Below, piece by piece: positions 1 to 10,410 of a stretch of DNA of 64,000 nt. This DNA comes from Candidatus Bathyarchaeota archaeon (GTDB taxonomy: Archaea > Thermoproteota > Bathyarchaeia > Bathyarchaeales > Bathycorpusculaceae). A program made the translations under genes and the position numbers. The notes beneath the pieces are model-generated. The model was not told the origin of the DNA. It did not search any database and saw nothing but the letters and a program-made list of their open reading frames with translations. The DNA is taken from the NCBI GenBank assembly GCA_963782525.1, contig CAWAKC010000003.1, forward strand, positions 128,001-192,000, written 5' to 3'. The stretch's first letter is position 1. Every line of letters starts with the position of its first letter.

Positions 1-1
1 A

Positions 2-2089
2 GGCAACTACACATTCTCATTTAACTTCCCCGGACAAGACCAAATTGATGGCGCTCACTACACTGCATCCACCAGCCCAACAGCAATATTGACTGTCCAA
101 CAAGAACCAATAGCCGCATTTATCCCCGCTCCTTTACCCACTGATTACTGGGCACGACCAATTTACGGAGAAAACAGAGAATGGGCCCAAATAGGCGGAA
201 ATTGGCTAGGAGTAACCATGCTTTACGGAACAGGCGCTAGTTCTGACGGGGCGTTTAACCCCTACACAACTGCACCTGAAAGCGCTCACGTAATTTGGAA
301 CAAACCAATAGCCTTCGGCGGGATCGTTGGAGGCGCAGATTCCATCGCGTACTACACTGGCTTATCATATGAAGGCAGATGGACACCACCAATCGTCATA
401 AACGGTGTCGTATACTATAACCTACCAAACGGCAACGGCGGTACAGGCGGCGGAGCAAACGCAGTAGACCTTCGCACCGGACAAGTACTCTGGTGGCAAA
501 ACATTACCCTATCAGTCGGCCAAGTCTTTGACTATGAATCGCCAAACCAACACGGCGCATACGCATACCTATGGCAGACTGGCGCAACCTACCGCATGTA
601 CGATCCTTTCACAGGAAACCTGCTTTTGACACTTGCTAACGCCTCAAATGGCAGAATAACATTTGACTCGCAAGGCGACATGCTTGTCTACATACTTAAC
701 ACAAGATATGGCTGGTTTGCAATGTGGAACTCAAGCTATGCATCTTACAACTATCCAGGAACAACTGGAACCAACGCTTGGCAATGGAGACCCCCACTAG
801 GAACGACACAAGACTGGAACAAAGGCATACAGTGGAACGTAACCATTCCAAAGGTCCCGCTGATGTCAGCTACCGCAAGCCTCAGCGCAGCAACAATCGG
901 TCAGAACGTTTTGGTTGCGTCGGGTCAAGCAGACAACACAACTATAACCGCTGGCGGCTATGACTTGACAACTGGACAGCAATTGTGGCTGATCAATATC
1001 ACGAGCAACGCAGCTGTACGACCAAATTACTTCATTGTTCCAAACAGCAACGGTAACTTCTACTTCTTTAAGCAGGAAACAATGCAATTCTACGCTTACA
1101 ACATTAAAACTGGCGCACTCGTCTGGGGACCCACAGAGCCATACGACAACGCTTGGGGCATGTACACATCAAGCACAAACGGCTTAGGCGCTTCAAACCC
1201 CATGGCTGCCTATGGTATTCTCTACACGGTAGCCTACGACGGAAAACTCCATGCATACAACGCCACAACCGGTGAGCACCTCTGGGATTTCAGTACAGGC
1301 AGTGCAGGATTTGAAACACCATACGGAACCTATCCAGTTGGCGGTGGAGAATTCTCTATAGCTGACGGAAAAGTCTACATTTGTACAGGCGAACACAGTC
1401 CTAACGATCCAATGTGGCGTGGCGGAAGAATCTTCGCTGTTGACGCTTACACTGGTCAAGGCATTTGGAATTTGACCGGCTGGTGGCAGAGACCAGTGAT
1501 AGCAGACGGATACATTGCAGCATTCAACAACTATGACAGCTCAGTTTACGGCTTAGGCAAAGGACAAACATCTACTTCAGTAGAAGCACCAATGACAGCG
1601 GTTACAGTAGGTTCAAAGATGGTGATTCAAGGAAGTGTTCTTGACCAATCTCCGGGCGCCCCTAATACACCTGCAATTTCGGACAACGACATGACACAAT
1701 GGATGGAATACCTCTACATGCAACAGGTAAAGCCCGCCGATGCTGTCGGAGTTCCAGTTTCAATCGATGCAATCGACCCTAACAGCAACAATGTTCACCT
1801 CGGAGACGCAACAAGCGATGCAAGCGGCCACTTCGCCTTCACATGGGACACTCCCAACGTACCCGGTCAATACACAATCATAGCTCACTTTATGGGAAGT
1901 AAATCCTACTTCGGTTCATCCTCAGAAGCAACCACATACGTTTCAGAAGCAGCACCAACCCCATCGCCAGCCCCAGTTACAGCTGCGCCACAAACTGACA
2001 TGTACTTAGCCCTCGGAGTAGTCGCAATCATAATTGCAATAGCGATTGTCGGCGCTCTGATACTAATGTCTGTTAGAAAGCGAGCATAA
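2..2089 (+). CDS. Secreted PQQ-like beta-propeller repeat protein with C-terminal membrane anchor (5' part lies outside the window)
   Basis: Frame is open from position 2 (GNYTFSFNFPG...). Contains repeated A.D..TG..LW blades, YESPNQHG and EHS motifs, a Pro/Thr linker, a TM helix and an RKR tail. Paralogue of the ORFs at 2408, 21950 and 41660. Confidence 0.85.
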   Translation, partial: GNYTFSFNFPGQDQIDGAHYTASTSPTAILTVQQEPIAAFIPAPLPTDYWARPIYGENREWAQIGGNWLGVTMLYGTGASSDGAFNPYTTAPESAHVIWNKPIAFGGIVGGADSIAYYTGLSYEGRWTPPIVINGVVYYNLPNGNGGTGGGANAVDLRTGQVLWWQNITLSVGQVFDYESPNQHGAYAYLWQTGATYRMYDPFTGNLLLTLANASNGRITFDSQGDMLVYILNTRYGWFAMWNSSYASYNYPGTTGTNAWQWRPPLGTTQDWNKGIQWNVTIPKVPLMSATASLSAATIGQNVLVASGQADNTTITAGGYDLTTGQQLWLINITSNAAVRPNYFIVPNSNGNFYFFKQETMQFYAYNIKTGALVWGPTEPYDNAWGMYTSSTNGLGASNPMAAYGILYTVAYDGKLHAYNATTGEHLWDFSTGSAGFETPYGTYPVGGGEFSIADGKVYICTGEHSPNDPMWRGGRIFAVDAYTGQGIWNLTGWWQRPVIADGYIAAFNNYDSSVYGLGKGQTSTSVEAPMTAVTVGSKMVIQGSVLDQSPGAPNTPAISDNDMTQWMEYLYMQQVKPADAVGVPVSIDAIDPNSNNVHLGDATSDASGHFAFTWDTPNVPGQYTIIAHFMGSKSYFGSSSEATTYVSEAAPTPSPAPVTAAPQTDMYLALGVVAIIIAIAIVGALILMSVRKRA

Positions 2090-2105
2090 AAACCACAATC
2101 AATCA

Positions 2106-2133
2106 TTTCCTTTTTTTTATTTTTTTTCCTTTT
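2106..2133 (+). terminator. Oligo-T archaeal terminator
   Basis: Long T tracts directly after the stop codon; the same pattern follows the other paralogues (4989, 24668, 44521). Confidence 0.6.
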
Positions 2134-2407
2134 GACGACTTTTTTAGCACAAAATAGGATTTTTGCATACCGATTTACCGAAACAAACATGTATTTGTCG
2201 AACAAAACTAATGCATTTCCCTAATCAGTATCTCATTTTCTTGATTAGCGCTCTAATTATGTGTGCTTTAGATTTATCAAAATAAGATTCCACTTGTATG
2301 GAACAAAAAAACAAGTCAACACTAATTTGTATTACTCACGATAAGTGAGGTTAACTTATTAATTATTACAGTTGAGTTTGGAATCACAAACTTAGGAGAA
2401 AAAGAAA

Positions 2408-4966
2408 ATGACAATTGTTAAAAACAAGACTCAAGCAACTCTGATCTCTTTGTTTCTAATACTAACTATGACTGCTATGTCTGTATTCATCGCTTTTCCA
2501 TCTACTAATGCACATATTCCAGCATGGAAGATTCCAACATATTCCTATATCACCGCTTCTCCCGCTACTGTAGGCGTTGGTCAAACCGTGACTATTGCAT
2601 TTTGGCTCGACAAGCTTCCTCCGACCGCAGCAGGCTTCGCAGGGGACAGATGGCGAAATCTGAAAGTAGAAATTACCCACCCAGATGGAACAAAATCAAC
2701 TTTGGGAACATACGATTCTGACCCAGTCGGTTGTGGCTACGATGTTTTCACACCAACAACTTCAGGCACATACACTTTCTTTTTCAGCTTCCCAGGGCAA
2801 ACTCTCTCCCTTTACGGGCCAACAGGTATCCTTGGCAGCGCTAGTGATTATGTTAACGACACTTATCTACCCAGCGATGCAACAACAACCATTACTGTGC
2901 AAGACCAATCCATAGCTTTGCCACCCAATTATCCTTTGCCTGAGGAGTACTGGGCTCGCCCAATAGAAGGACAAAACAACGGCTGGTATCTAATCTCATC
3001 GAACTGGCTGTCTGGAGCTCACGAAATCCAGAAAGTTCAGACAGACGGCACTGCGCCAAACAGTGCCCATATTATGTGGACAAGACCGCTTAGGGATGGT
3101 GGAGTTGTCGGTGGAACAAACACCAGAGAAAACGGCACTACGTACTATGATGGCACAGAGTATGAAATGCAATTCATAAACCCACTGATAATCTACGGCA
3201 GACTATACTATACTCTACCTTTAGGCAGCACAGCAGGAAACGGCGGATACATGTGTGTTGATCTTCGAACTGGCGAAACTGTGTGGTCAAGTAACATTAT
3301 TGGTACCTCCGCTGCTACCGCACCTACATTTGGGCAACTCTATGCTTATGATTCAATGAACCAACATGGCGTAGTCCCCAACGGCTACCTTTGGACCGCC
3401 AACTTCGCCAACGCTTACGATCCTTTGACCGGCGCATTACTCTTCAACCTGACTAGTGTCCCAACAGGGACTGAAGTATACGGTCCCAACGGCGAAATCA
3501 TCCGATACGTACTCAACCAAGCGGGCAATTGGTTAGCTCTATGGAACAACACTGCAGGACATGCCCTAACCGGGTCAACGACAACAACGGACTTTACCTC
3601 TACAAGTTACAATCAATGGCGTCCCATAGGTAAAAGCGTCAACATGAGCGATGCATACTCATGGAATGTAACAATACCCGCCCTGCCAGCAGGCTCAGCT
3701 ATTCGTCAAGCACTCTACAATGACATATTACTTCTCAGTAACGGTAGCTTCGGAGGAGTCAGCGAAACCAATTCGGGATATACTATGTCAGCGATAAGCC
3801 TAAAGCCAGAATCGCGAGGAACCCTACTTTGGACTAAAGCTTATGCAGCACCACCAGGAAACGTTACACGAAGTTTCCGGTTCATTGATCCAGTAAACCG
3901 CGTCTTCATATTCTGGGACAAAGAAACAATCAGCTACACAGCCTACAGCCTTGACGATGGAAGCTATCGGTGGACAACACCGTCTGAAAATCCATGGAAC
4001 CTCTATGCAGGAGGCGGCGGCGCTCTTTGGACGCAAACAACAGCTTACGGCAGACTCTACTCAACAGGCTACTCTGGCATAGTCTATTGCTACGATACTA
4101 AGACTGGCAATCAACTATGGAACTACAGCACTGCTTTGATGGCTGGATTCTCTACACCATATGGCGGTTATCCATTAGGTGTTGCAGCATTAGCCGATGG
4201 AAAACTCTATCTACACACCAACGAGCACTCTTCCGGAGCACCATACTGGAAAGGTTCACCACTAATTTGCTTGAACGCTACAACTGGCGAACAAATATGG
4301 ACAATACCCTTCCACGGATCTTCAGGCTACGTTCCTTGGGGATACGCAGTTGCGGACGGCTACTTAATAGGCCTCAACTTGTTCGACGAACAAATCTATT
4401 GTTTTGGCAAAGGTCCCACAGAAACCACCATTACTGCACCCGATCTATCCGTTGAATTAGGCAAATCTCTCACAATCAAAGGCACTGTAACTGACATATC
4501 AGCAGGCACTAACAAGGCAGAACAGGCTGCTCGTTTTCCAAACGGCGTTCCAGTAGTTTCAGATAACAGCATGAGCGATTGGATGCAATATGTTTACCAG
4601 CAAAAGCCACGTCCAACAAACACCACAGGAGTTACAGTTAACCTGCACGTGATAGACTCAAACAACAACTTCAGGGATATAGGAACTGCTATGACCAACG
4701 ACGACGGCTTCTTCTCTTTAAACTGGAAACCCGACGTAGCAGGTAAATACACAGTATACGCAACATTTGCGGGTAGCGAATCGTACTGGCCTTCCCATGC
4801 AGTAACAGCTTTCTCCGTTGACGACGCAGTACCTACACCATCAGCAGTTCCAGTAACGGTTTTGCCACCTACTGAAATGTACATAGCTGCAGGAGTAGTC
4901 GCAATTATAGTTGCTATCGTCTTAGTCGGCGCTCTAATGCTAGTATCTCTTAGAAAACGACTGTAA
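2408..4966 (+). CDS. Secreted PQQ-like beta-propeller repeat protein, membrane anchored
   Basis: Signal peptide, Ig-like N-region, YW.RP, SAHIMW, NQHG and EHS motifs, C-terminal TM plus RKR. Confidence 0.85.
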   Translation: MTIVKNKTQATLISLFLILTMTAMSVFIAFPSTNAHIPAWKIPTYSYITASPATVGVGQTVTIAFWLDKLPPTAAGFAGDRWRNLKVEITHPDGTKSTLGTYDSDPVGCGYDVFTPTTSGTYTFFFSFPGQTLSLYGPTGILGSASDYVNDTYLPSDATTTITVQDQSIALPPNYPLPEEYWARPIEGQNNGWYLISSNWLSGAHEIQKVQTDGTAPNSAHIMWTRPLRDGGVVGGTNTRENGTTYYDGTEYEMQFINPLIIYGRLYYTLPLGSTAGNGGYMCVDLRTGETVWSSNIIGTSAATAPTFGQLYAYDSMNQHGVVPNGYLWTANFANAYDPLTGALLFNLTSVPTGTEVYGPNGEIIRYVLNQAGNWLALWNNTAGHALTGSTTTTDFTSTSYNQWRPIGKSVNMSDAYSWNVTIPALPAGSAIRQALYNDILLLSNGSFGGVSETNSGYTMSAISLKPESRGTLLWTKAYAAPPGNVTRSFRFIDPVNRVFIFWDKETISYTAYSLDDGSYRWTTPSENPWNLYAGGGGALWTQTTAYGRLYSTGYSGIVYCYDTKTGNQLWNYSTALMAGFSTPYGGYPLGVAALADGKLYLHTNEHSSGAPYWKGSPLICLNATTGEQIWTIPFHGSSGYVPWGYAVADGYLIGLNLFDEQIYCFGKGPTETTITAPDLSVELGKSLTIKGTVTDISAGTNKAEQAARFPNGVPVVSDNSMSDWMQYVYQQKPRPTNTTGVTVNLHVIDSNNNFRDIGTAMTNDDGFFSLNWKPDVAGKYTVYATFAGSESYWPSHAVTAFSVDDAVPTPSAVPVTVLPPTEMYIAAGVVAIIVAIVLVGALMLVSLRKRL

Positions 4967-5303
4967 AACTATTAAAAACAAAAATCAATTCCTTTTTCTT
5001 TTTTTAGGTAAAACCTATTAATCATTCAAATTAATCGATCATCTTGAGATGTTATTTGAACGGTTTATTTGTCCTATTTGCGGTAGAGAATTCAGGGATC
5101 CAAAAGAGCTAAGAGAGCACCGAATGGCAGAGCATAAGGGGCAGTCAAGAAAGAATCCGCCTCCTTAGCGTGAAATGGTTAAGTGTTATGACTACCTAAT
5201 GGGGTACTGTTTTGTAAACAAAAGAGCATTTAGCAAGACTTGTTGCAACCGCTTCCATTTTTGTTTCGCCGGCATTTATGATTATCTGCGTTTTGTTGAG
5301 ACC

Positions 5304-5325
5304 CTTTATATAGATGCTTTATATA
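5304..5325 (+). promoter_or_regulatory. Tandem TATA boxes upstream of tbp
   Basis: CTTTATATA at 5304-5312 and again at 5317-5325. Confidence 0.55.
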
Positions 5326-5362
5326 CCCCCTGTTCCATTTAAATACTCAACCGTGAGTTGAC

Positions 5363-5926
5363 ATGAGTAAAAGAAAACCCATCATTAAGATCCAAAACAT
5401 TGTAGCCTCAGTCTCTCTTAACCAAAAAATTGACTTACAAAAAATCGTTGAAAAATTCCCACAAACCGAATACAACCCCAGCGTATTCCCAGGGCTTGTT
5501 TTCAGATTAAAAAAACCCAAAACCGCAACACTGATTTTCGGCACAGGCAAAATGGTCTGTACAGGCGCTAAATCAGAAAAAGAATCACGGAGCGCAGTAG
5601 AAAAAGTCGTTAAAGAACTTCGTGGTGAAGGCATCCAAATCACAGAAAAACCAATTGTTAACATCCAGAACATCGTGGCCTCGGCTGAACTTGGCGGCGA
5701 AATCGACTTAGAAAGCCTCGTTTACAAACTCAACAAAGTAATGTATGAACCTGAACAATTCCCAGGTGCAGTCTACCGAATGGATGAACCCAAAGTAGTA
5801 TTTCTCATCTTCAGCGCAGGCAAACTCGTATGCGTTGGCGCCAAGAAAGAAGAACAGGTCTACGAAGCAGTTGACAAAATACAGGCACTGCTCGAAGAAA
5901 AAGAACTCATCTACTACCCCTCTTAA
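5363..5926 (+). CDS. tbp: TATA-box binding protein
   Basis: Two repeats IQNIVAS...YNPSVFPGLVFR / YEPEQFPGAVYR...LIF..GK.VC.GAK. Confidence 0.97.
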   Translation: MSKRKPIIKIQNIVASVSLNQKIDLQKIVEKFPQTEYNPSVFPGLVFRLKKPKTATLIFGTGKMVCTGAKSEKESRSAVEKVVKELRGEGIQITEKPIVNIQNIVASAELGGEIDLESLVYKLNKVMYEPEQFPGAVYRMDEPKVVFLIFSAGKLVCVGAKKEEQVYEAVDKIQALLEEKELIYYPS

Positions 5927-6633
5927 ACATCTTTTTTCATTCTCCGACGAACCGCAGGGTTCAGTTCGGACACCTTTTTTAATGCCAACTCAAACGTTTC
6001 GTCTGGAGATAGCTCTCTTTTTACAAAAACACCTGTTCTGCCAACTGTATCCCTCTTCGTCAAAGCATGAACCCTATCCAAAACAGTTTCAGCGGAGATA
6101 TCCAAGATTTTAGCCCCAGATTCTTCTCTGCCGATAATGCTACTTTCCACATGTCCTTTCTCAGTAGGTTCGATAAGCATAAGCCGTTTATCAACACCCG
6201 CCACACGAACGTTTGCTTTAAGTTGGTTTAGATTTACTTCGCCGCCGAAAAGGTAAAATTCCCTTTCGACACGCCGCATCTCCATAAGTGGAAACGAAAC
6301 GGTCGTGAGCTCGTCGATTTCTATGTGGGCTTTCATGGCGTAGTTTGGTGTGGCTTGGACTATTAGGCGTGTGTTTATTGGGATTTTGGCTTTTTCAAGG
6401 GCAGTTTCAACTTGGAAGCTGTTTTGCACTTCAGGGATGAAGACGTCGAGGTCGCTGCCTAATTTTACGTCTCCTCTGGCTATGCTTCCATGCGTCAGCG
6501 ACCTCAGATGAAACACATCCAGAGCCGACATAACCCAAACAGCTTTTTCTCTTAGCGCCCTAAGCTGTTCCCAGCGTGCACTGGAATACGTTACTTCTCT
6601 ATATTCTCCTTGCCTTGTGGGTTTAACAGCCAT
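5923..6633 (-). CDS. Archaeal nucleotidyltransferase-domain protein (COG2413-like)
   Basis: HGSIARGD...SDLDV Pol-beta motif, plus RVAGVDKRL and GRTGVF motifs. Confidence 0.8.
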   Translation of the reverse strand: MAVKPTRQGEYREVTYSSARWEQLRALREKAVWVMSALDVFHLRSLTHGSIARGDVKLGSDLDVFIPEVQNSFQVETALEKAKIPINTRLIVQATPNYAMKAHIEIDELTTVSFPLMEMRRVEREFYLFGGEVNLNQLKANVRVAGVDKRLMLIEPTEKGHVESSIIGREESGAKILDISAETVLDRVHALTKRDTVGRTGVFVKRELSPDETFELALKKVSELNPAVRRRMKKDV

Positions 6634-6713
6634 CTTTACTCGCTAATTCTAACATTTAGTGTGGCATCGTTTATTTAGTTTAATTAACCATCACCTCTAA
6701 CGAAGGAAACCCG

Positions 6714-7652
6714 ATGGAATCGCCCGTCTGCAACGTATGTAAAACCAAAGAAGCATTCTTCTCCAGGCCACACTCAGGCGAGCGACTCTGCAAAAAATGC
6801 TTCACCGAATCCGTCGAGGCAAAAGTCCGCTCAACCATCACCCGCTACCACATGCTCAACTTCGACGACCATTTAGCAGTAGCGGTTTCAGGTGGCAAAG
6901 ACAGCCTTAGCATACTACACATCTTAGCGAAAGTTAAGAAGCGTAGACCAAAAACAACCCTGACCGCAGTCACCGTAGATGAAGGTATCAAAGGCTACCG
7001 TGACGAAGCCTTAGAAATTGCAGCAAAAAATTGTCAAAAACTCGAAATCTCTCACCACATCGTATCATTCAAAGAACTCTACGGTTTCTCATTGGACGAA
7101 ATAATCTGTAAGGCACGCGAAAAAGGACAAACGCAGTTAACTGCTTGCGCATACTGCGGCGTTTTGCGAAGAAAAGCCATCAACACTGGCGCACGACAAG
7201 TTAAAGCTACCAAAATCGCTACGGGTCACACTCTCGACGATGAGGTGCAGACGGTCTTGATGAATATTTTCAGAGGCGACATCACACGTTTATCAAAGGA
7301 GAAACCCATTACCAGCGAAGTTCATCCATTGTTTGTACAGAAGATTAAGCCGTTCTGTGAAATTCCCGAAAAAGAAAGTGCGCTCTACGCTTACGTTAAA
7401 AAAATTGCTTTTCAAGACACACCTTGCCCCTATGCATCTGAAGCCTTGCGAAACGACATCCGCGGAATGATTAACCGAATGGAACAGAAGCATGCAGGAA
7501 CAAAATTCACAGTATCCAAAGCCATAGAACGCCTACGACCAGCCCTTGAAATAACAAGTCAGAAGGAAAATTTCAAAACTTGCAGTGAATGCGGCGAACC
7601 CTCAGCGATGGACCTGTGCAAGGCTTGTGAGTTACTCAGGCACGTTCGTTAG
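6714..7652 (+). CDS. ttuA: tRNA 2-thiolation protein, TtuA/Ncs6 (TIGR00269-like)
   Basis: PP-loop SGGKDS, CAYCGVLRR, TGHTLDD, CPY and terminal Zn fingers. Confidence 0.9.
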   Translation: MESPVCNVCKTKEAFFSRPHSGERLCKKCFTESVEAKVRSTITRYHMLNFDDHLAVAVSGGKDSLSILHILAKVKKRRPKTTLTAVTVDEGIKGYRDEALEIAAKNCQKLEISHHIVSFKELYGFSLDEIICKAREKGQTQLTACAYCGVLRRKAINTGARQVKATKIATGHTLDDEVQTVLMNIFRGDITRLSKEKPITSEVHPLFVQKIKPFCEIPEKESALYAYVKKIAFQDTPCPYASEALRNDIRGMINRMEQKHAGTKFTVSKAIERLRPALEITSQKENFKTCSECGEPSAMDLCKACELLRHVR

Positions 7653-7854
7653 GCTTTGGGTTTTGTTTCTGTTCAGCCTTTAGTTTACGAAGCATCTCCG
7701 AAGCTTCCATGGCGCTGTTTGCAGCAGCGATTTTTCTGGCTTTCTGCAGGTTAATCTGATTGCCGCAGTAAGGGCAAACCTTGGTTTTTTGATCCTTAGC
7801 CGCCAATGTTAATCCACCACATTTAGCACATTTCACGATGAGTGTTGTACCCAT
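7636..7854 (-). CDS. Small Zn-ribbon protein (DUF1922-like)
   Basis: CAKCG...CPYCG; likely start is the ATG at 7854 (MGTTLIVKC). Confidence 0.7.
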   Translation of the reverse strand: MGTTLIVKCAKCGGLTLAAKDQKTKVCPYCGNQINLQKARKIAAANSAMEASEMLRKLKAEQKQNPKPNERA

Positions 7855-7942
7855 TTGGGTTTGCTTCCGAAAGGCTTTAAGCCTCATCACCAAAACGCAT
7901 CTCCCGCATAATATCCCTTTTTCTTTTTTGGAGGTTGCTTAG

Positions 7943-8083
7943 TTGACTGCTATAGCTGTATCTGGTTTTAGGAAACGTGTTTGTGTGGATTGTGGCAGAC
8001 ACGTTAAGAACGGAGCGGACCGCTGTCAGATCATGCAACATGAAAGCTAACTACAAATCCAAACATAAGGGAGACAAGAAATA
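7943..8083 (+). pseudogene. Small Zn-finger gene, frameshifted
   Basis: GGAGG then TTG; CVDCG...RC then a shift to RSCNMKANY...KK stop. Confidence 0.45.
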
Positions 8084-8269
8084 ATGGCAGCCCAAGACGG
8101 TTACGGCCTACTGTTTTTAGCGGTGTTTCTTGGAATTATAATAATCGTTGGAATTGCGCTTGTCGCTGTGTTTGCCCCGGAATACACAACTTTAGCTTTG
8201 CTAATCGTTGGCATTCTTGCATTCTCAATCTTGGCGTTAACGTATGGACTAGGAGGTGAAAGACAGTGA
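8084..8269 (+). CDS. Small two-TM membrane protein (element)
   Basis: 61 aa, two hydrophobic segments; GTGA overlap with the next ORF, which has a GGAGG SD. Confidence 0.65.
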   Translation: MAAQDGYGLLFLAVFLGIIIIVGIALVAVFAPEYTTLALLIVGILAFSILALTYGLGGERQ

Positions 8270-8580
8270 CACAGGCATCCGGCGAACCGTTCGGAGAAAA
8301 GCAAGATCATGTATGTGCTAAGTGTAAGTGGCTAAGGGATATGAAACTTAGCACCAACAAGAACCGTTTTTATCAGTGCTTCTTTGGCTATCATAAACGA
8401 ATGTACTATAGCACAGCTCAGTATAGTAGCTGTGACCGCTTCAATGCTAAGGCTTCAACACATTATAAGTCAATGGTTGCGCATAGACTTGAGCGAATAC
8501 TAACCAAACTGCACCATGTTTATGTTTGGTTAGATAAGCCCTATTGGTATATGGTTAATTGGCTGCGTAAGTACGAATAA
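8266..8580 (+). CDS. Cys-containing hypothetical protein (element)
   Basis: CAKCKW...C...C motif, translationally coupled to the upstream ORF. Confidence 0.55.
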   Translation: MTQASGEPFGEKQDHVCAKCKWLRDMKLSTNKNRFYQCFFGYHKRMYYSTAQYSSCDRFNAKASTHYKSMVAHRLERILTKLHHVYVWLDKPYWYMVNWLRKYE

Positions 8581-9155
8581 GAGGCAATAGAAGCAGCCAA
8601 ACACTCTTTTTTATATTTGTACCACAATGCCACTAAAAAAGCGGTTCCCATAGTTAATTAATTAATTACAGACTAAAATAAGGATAGAATAAGCCCCTTT
8701 GGTTCTGACTATTTAATGATGCGTCAATAAGGTATTATGGCGCATGAACCATTGTTTAGTTTCTATCTAACTGTTTTGAGTTCGGTTTGGTTGTTCATAT
8801 TAATTGATATAAAATAGAAGGTTAACTGTTCACTTGTTTACCCTACTCTAATTAGATTAAAAGATTGTGCAAAGTTTCTATTAGTTGCGGTTGTGTGGGT
8901 GTATGTTGTTAGCTCTACTGTTGATGTTTTTATCTACCCTATAAGACCATACAGCAGATTTTAAAGCGCACCATATAATTATGAGCTAAAAAAGTGTAGG
9001 CTGAATGCTCAAGTTTCTATTGCTTATTCTCAGCTTCCCTAATCTTAGTTAGGCAGTGTTCTATCGCATGGCTTCTATTAGCGAAGGTTGTATCTTTAAC
9101 TTTCCGATCAACCCACTTTAAGAGATCATCACTTATTGTGATGGCGATTCTTTTC

Positions 9156-9196
9156 TTAACCATATCACTCATTTTAACCATATCACCCTTTAACCG
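9156..9196. repeat. Short direct repeats TTAACCATATCAC x2 plus a partial third copy
   Basis: Exact copies at 9156-9168 and 9174-9186, partial at 9190, inside a ~660-bp non-coding stretch. Confidence 0.7.
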
Positions 9197-9279
9197 TTTA
9201 TGTCCTATAGTATGCAGTTATACACAATCGTTATATAATACTTTTGATAAATACCGACATAGCCCTAAAGGTGTTTAAA

Positions 9280-9606
9280 ATGGAAAACGTAAATCAAATA
9301 ATAAACCTACCCACAGAAGAATTTAGCATCCTTGAAAATCTATCAAAAAAAGAGAACATGACAACCGACCAATATCTAAGCGAATTGATCCATGACAAGG
9401 TAAGCAATGGGGTACTATCTAAAAGCGAAATGTGGGTTACTACGCTTGAGATGGTTATGGCCCAGCTCAACGAACATAAAGACATAAGTGACTTAAGAAA
9501 TGAAATCGCCGGCGATCTGCTTGTTGCTAAGATAAGTTTAGACTTTGATAGAACTGGAAAGGTTGACGACAAAAAAATTAAGAGCTACATATCAGAATTA
9601 TTCTGA
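9280..9606 (+). CDS. Putative ribbon-helix-helix-like DNA-binding protein
   Basis: INLPTEEFSILENLSKKENMTTDQYLSELI resembles an RHH pattern; ATG at 9280 follows AAGGTG. Confidence 0.5.
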   Translation: MENVNQIINLPTEEFSILENLSKKENMTTDQYLSELIHDKVSNGVLSKSEMWVTTLEMVMAQLNEHKDISDLRNEIAGDLLVAKISLDFDRTGKVDDKKIKSYISELF

Positions 9607-9642
9607 ACATCAACTTTTTTCTTTTTTTGCAAGTCCATAATC

Positions 9643-10410
9643 TTAGACGTTATCCATTGTTTGAACTGCATAGCGCCTTGTGTACCTATAAGCGGTGGCT
9701 TCTTCTTCCAAGTCTAACGTATCCCTAACCTTTGTGATACCGGCTAAATCGTTGCCGTACTTCCGAGCGATCTCAGCGCCTTTAGTTTCCCTAAACAAGT
9801 GACACCAACATTCGGGATCAACTGCTTTAATCATTCTAAGAAGCTGGCTGCCTGACAAGTGGGTGTTCGGGTCCACCATCATTAAGTTTCCAAACGAATA
9901 GATGTTTCTTGGGAACAGATATTTAGAGTCTGGATGTTTCTTTTTCATAAACTCCAGGTATTCTATAATTAATTTAGCGTAAGAATTATCTGCAATAATA
10001 TTTTTAATTCTTGTATCTTCTTTTATTCTGAATCCTTCTTGGGTTAAAGTCCATGCTTTATGTTCTGCAATTAAATCAGAATATTGTTTGGAAATTAAAT
10101 AATTATTTGGCAATTGTCCTTTATTTATTTGGGATTTTATTAATTTAACGAATTGATAAAAGCCTCTTTTATGCTTTTTAGAGATTGTCCAAGTAATATT
10201 CAAGTAATTATCTGCAATTATTAGATCAATTATTTTTAATCTGGATATTTCCGAACGCCTTTTTCCGAATATTTTTAATAATCCAATTAATGCTTTTACC
10301 CTCAAACGCCTATATTCGTCATTTATTTTATTTGCTTCAACTAGCATTTTCTCTATATCTAAGGTTGTTAGAATGGGCCTGTTGCGGTAAATCTTTTTAG
10401 CGTTAGTCAT
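9643..10410 (-). CDS. Tyrosine recombinase, catalytic-domain-only
   Basis: FGKRRSE (Arg I), CHLFR (HxxR), C-terminal TAYRY tyrosine; no N-terminal core-binding domain. Confidence 0.8.
   Translation of the reverse strand: MTNAKKIYRNRPILTTLDIEKMLVEANKINDEYRRLRVKALIGLLKIFGKRRSEISRLKIIDLIIADNYLNITWTISKKHKRGFYQFVKLIKSQINKGQLPNNYLISKQYSDLIAEHKAWTLTQEGFRIKEDTRIKNIIADNSYAKLIIEYLEFMKKKHPDSKYLFPRNIYSFGNLMMVDPNTHLSGSQLLRMIKAVDPECWCHLFRETKGAEIARKYGNDLAGITKVRDTLDLEEEATAYRYTRRYAVQTMDNV

Noticed and set aside
724-4884. Short alternative-frame and antisense ORFs inside long genes (here and throughout the track)
   Set aside because: They are shadow ORFs of well-supported genes with no independent signals.
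9156-9196. Mini-CRISPR array
   Set aside because: Repeats are 13 bp with 3-5 bp gaps, too short for spacers; no CRISPR array or cas gene was seen in the window.
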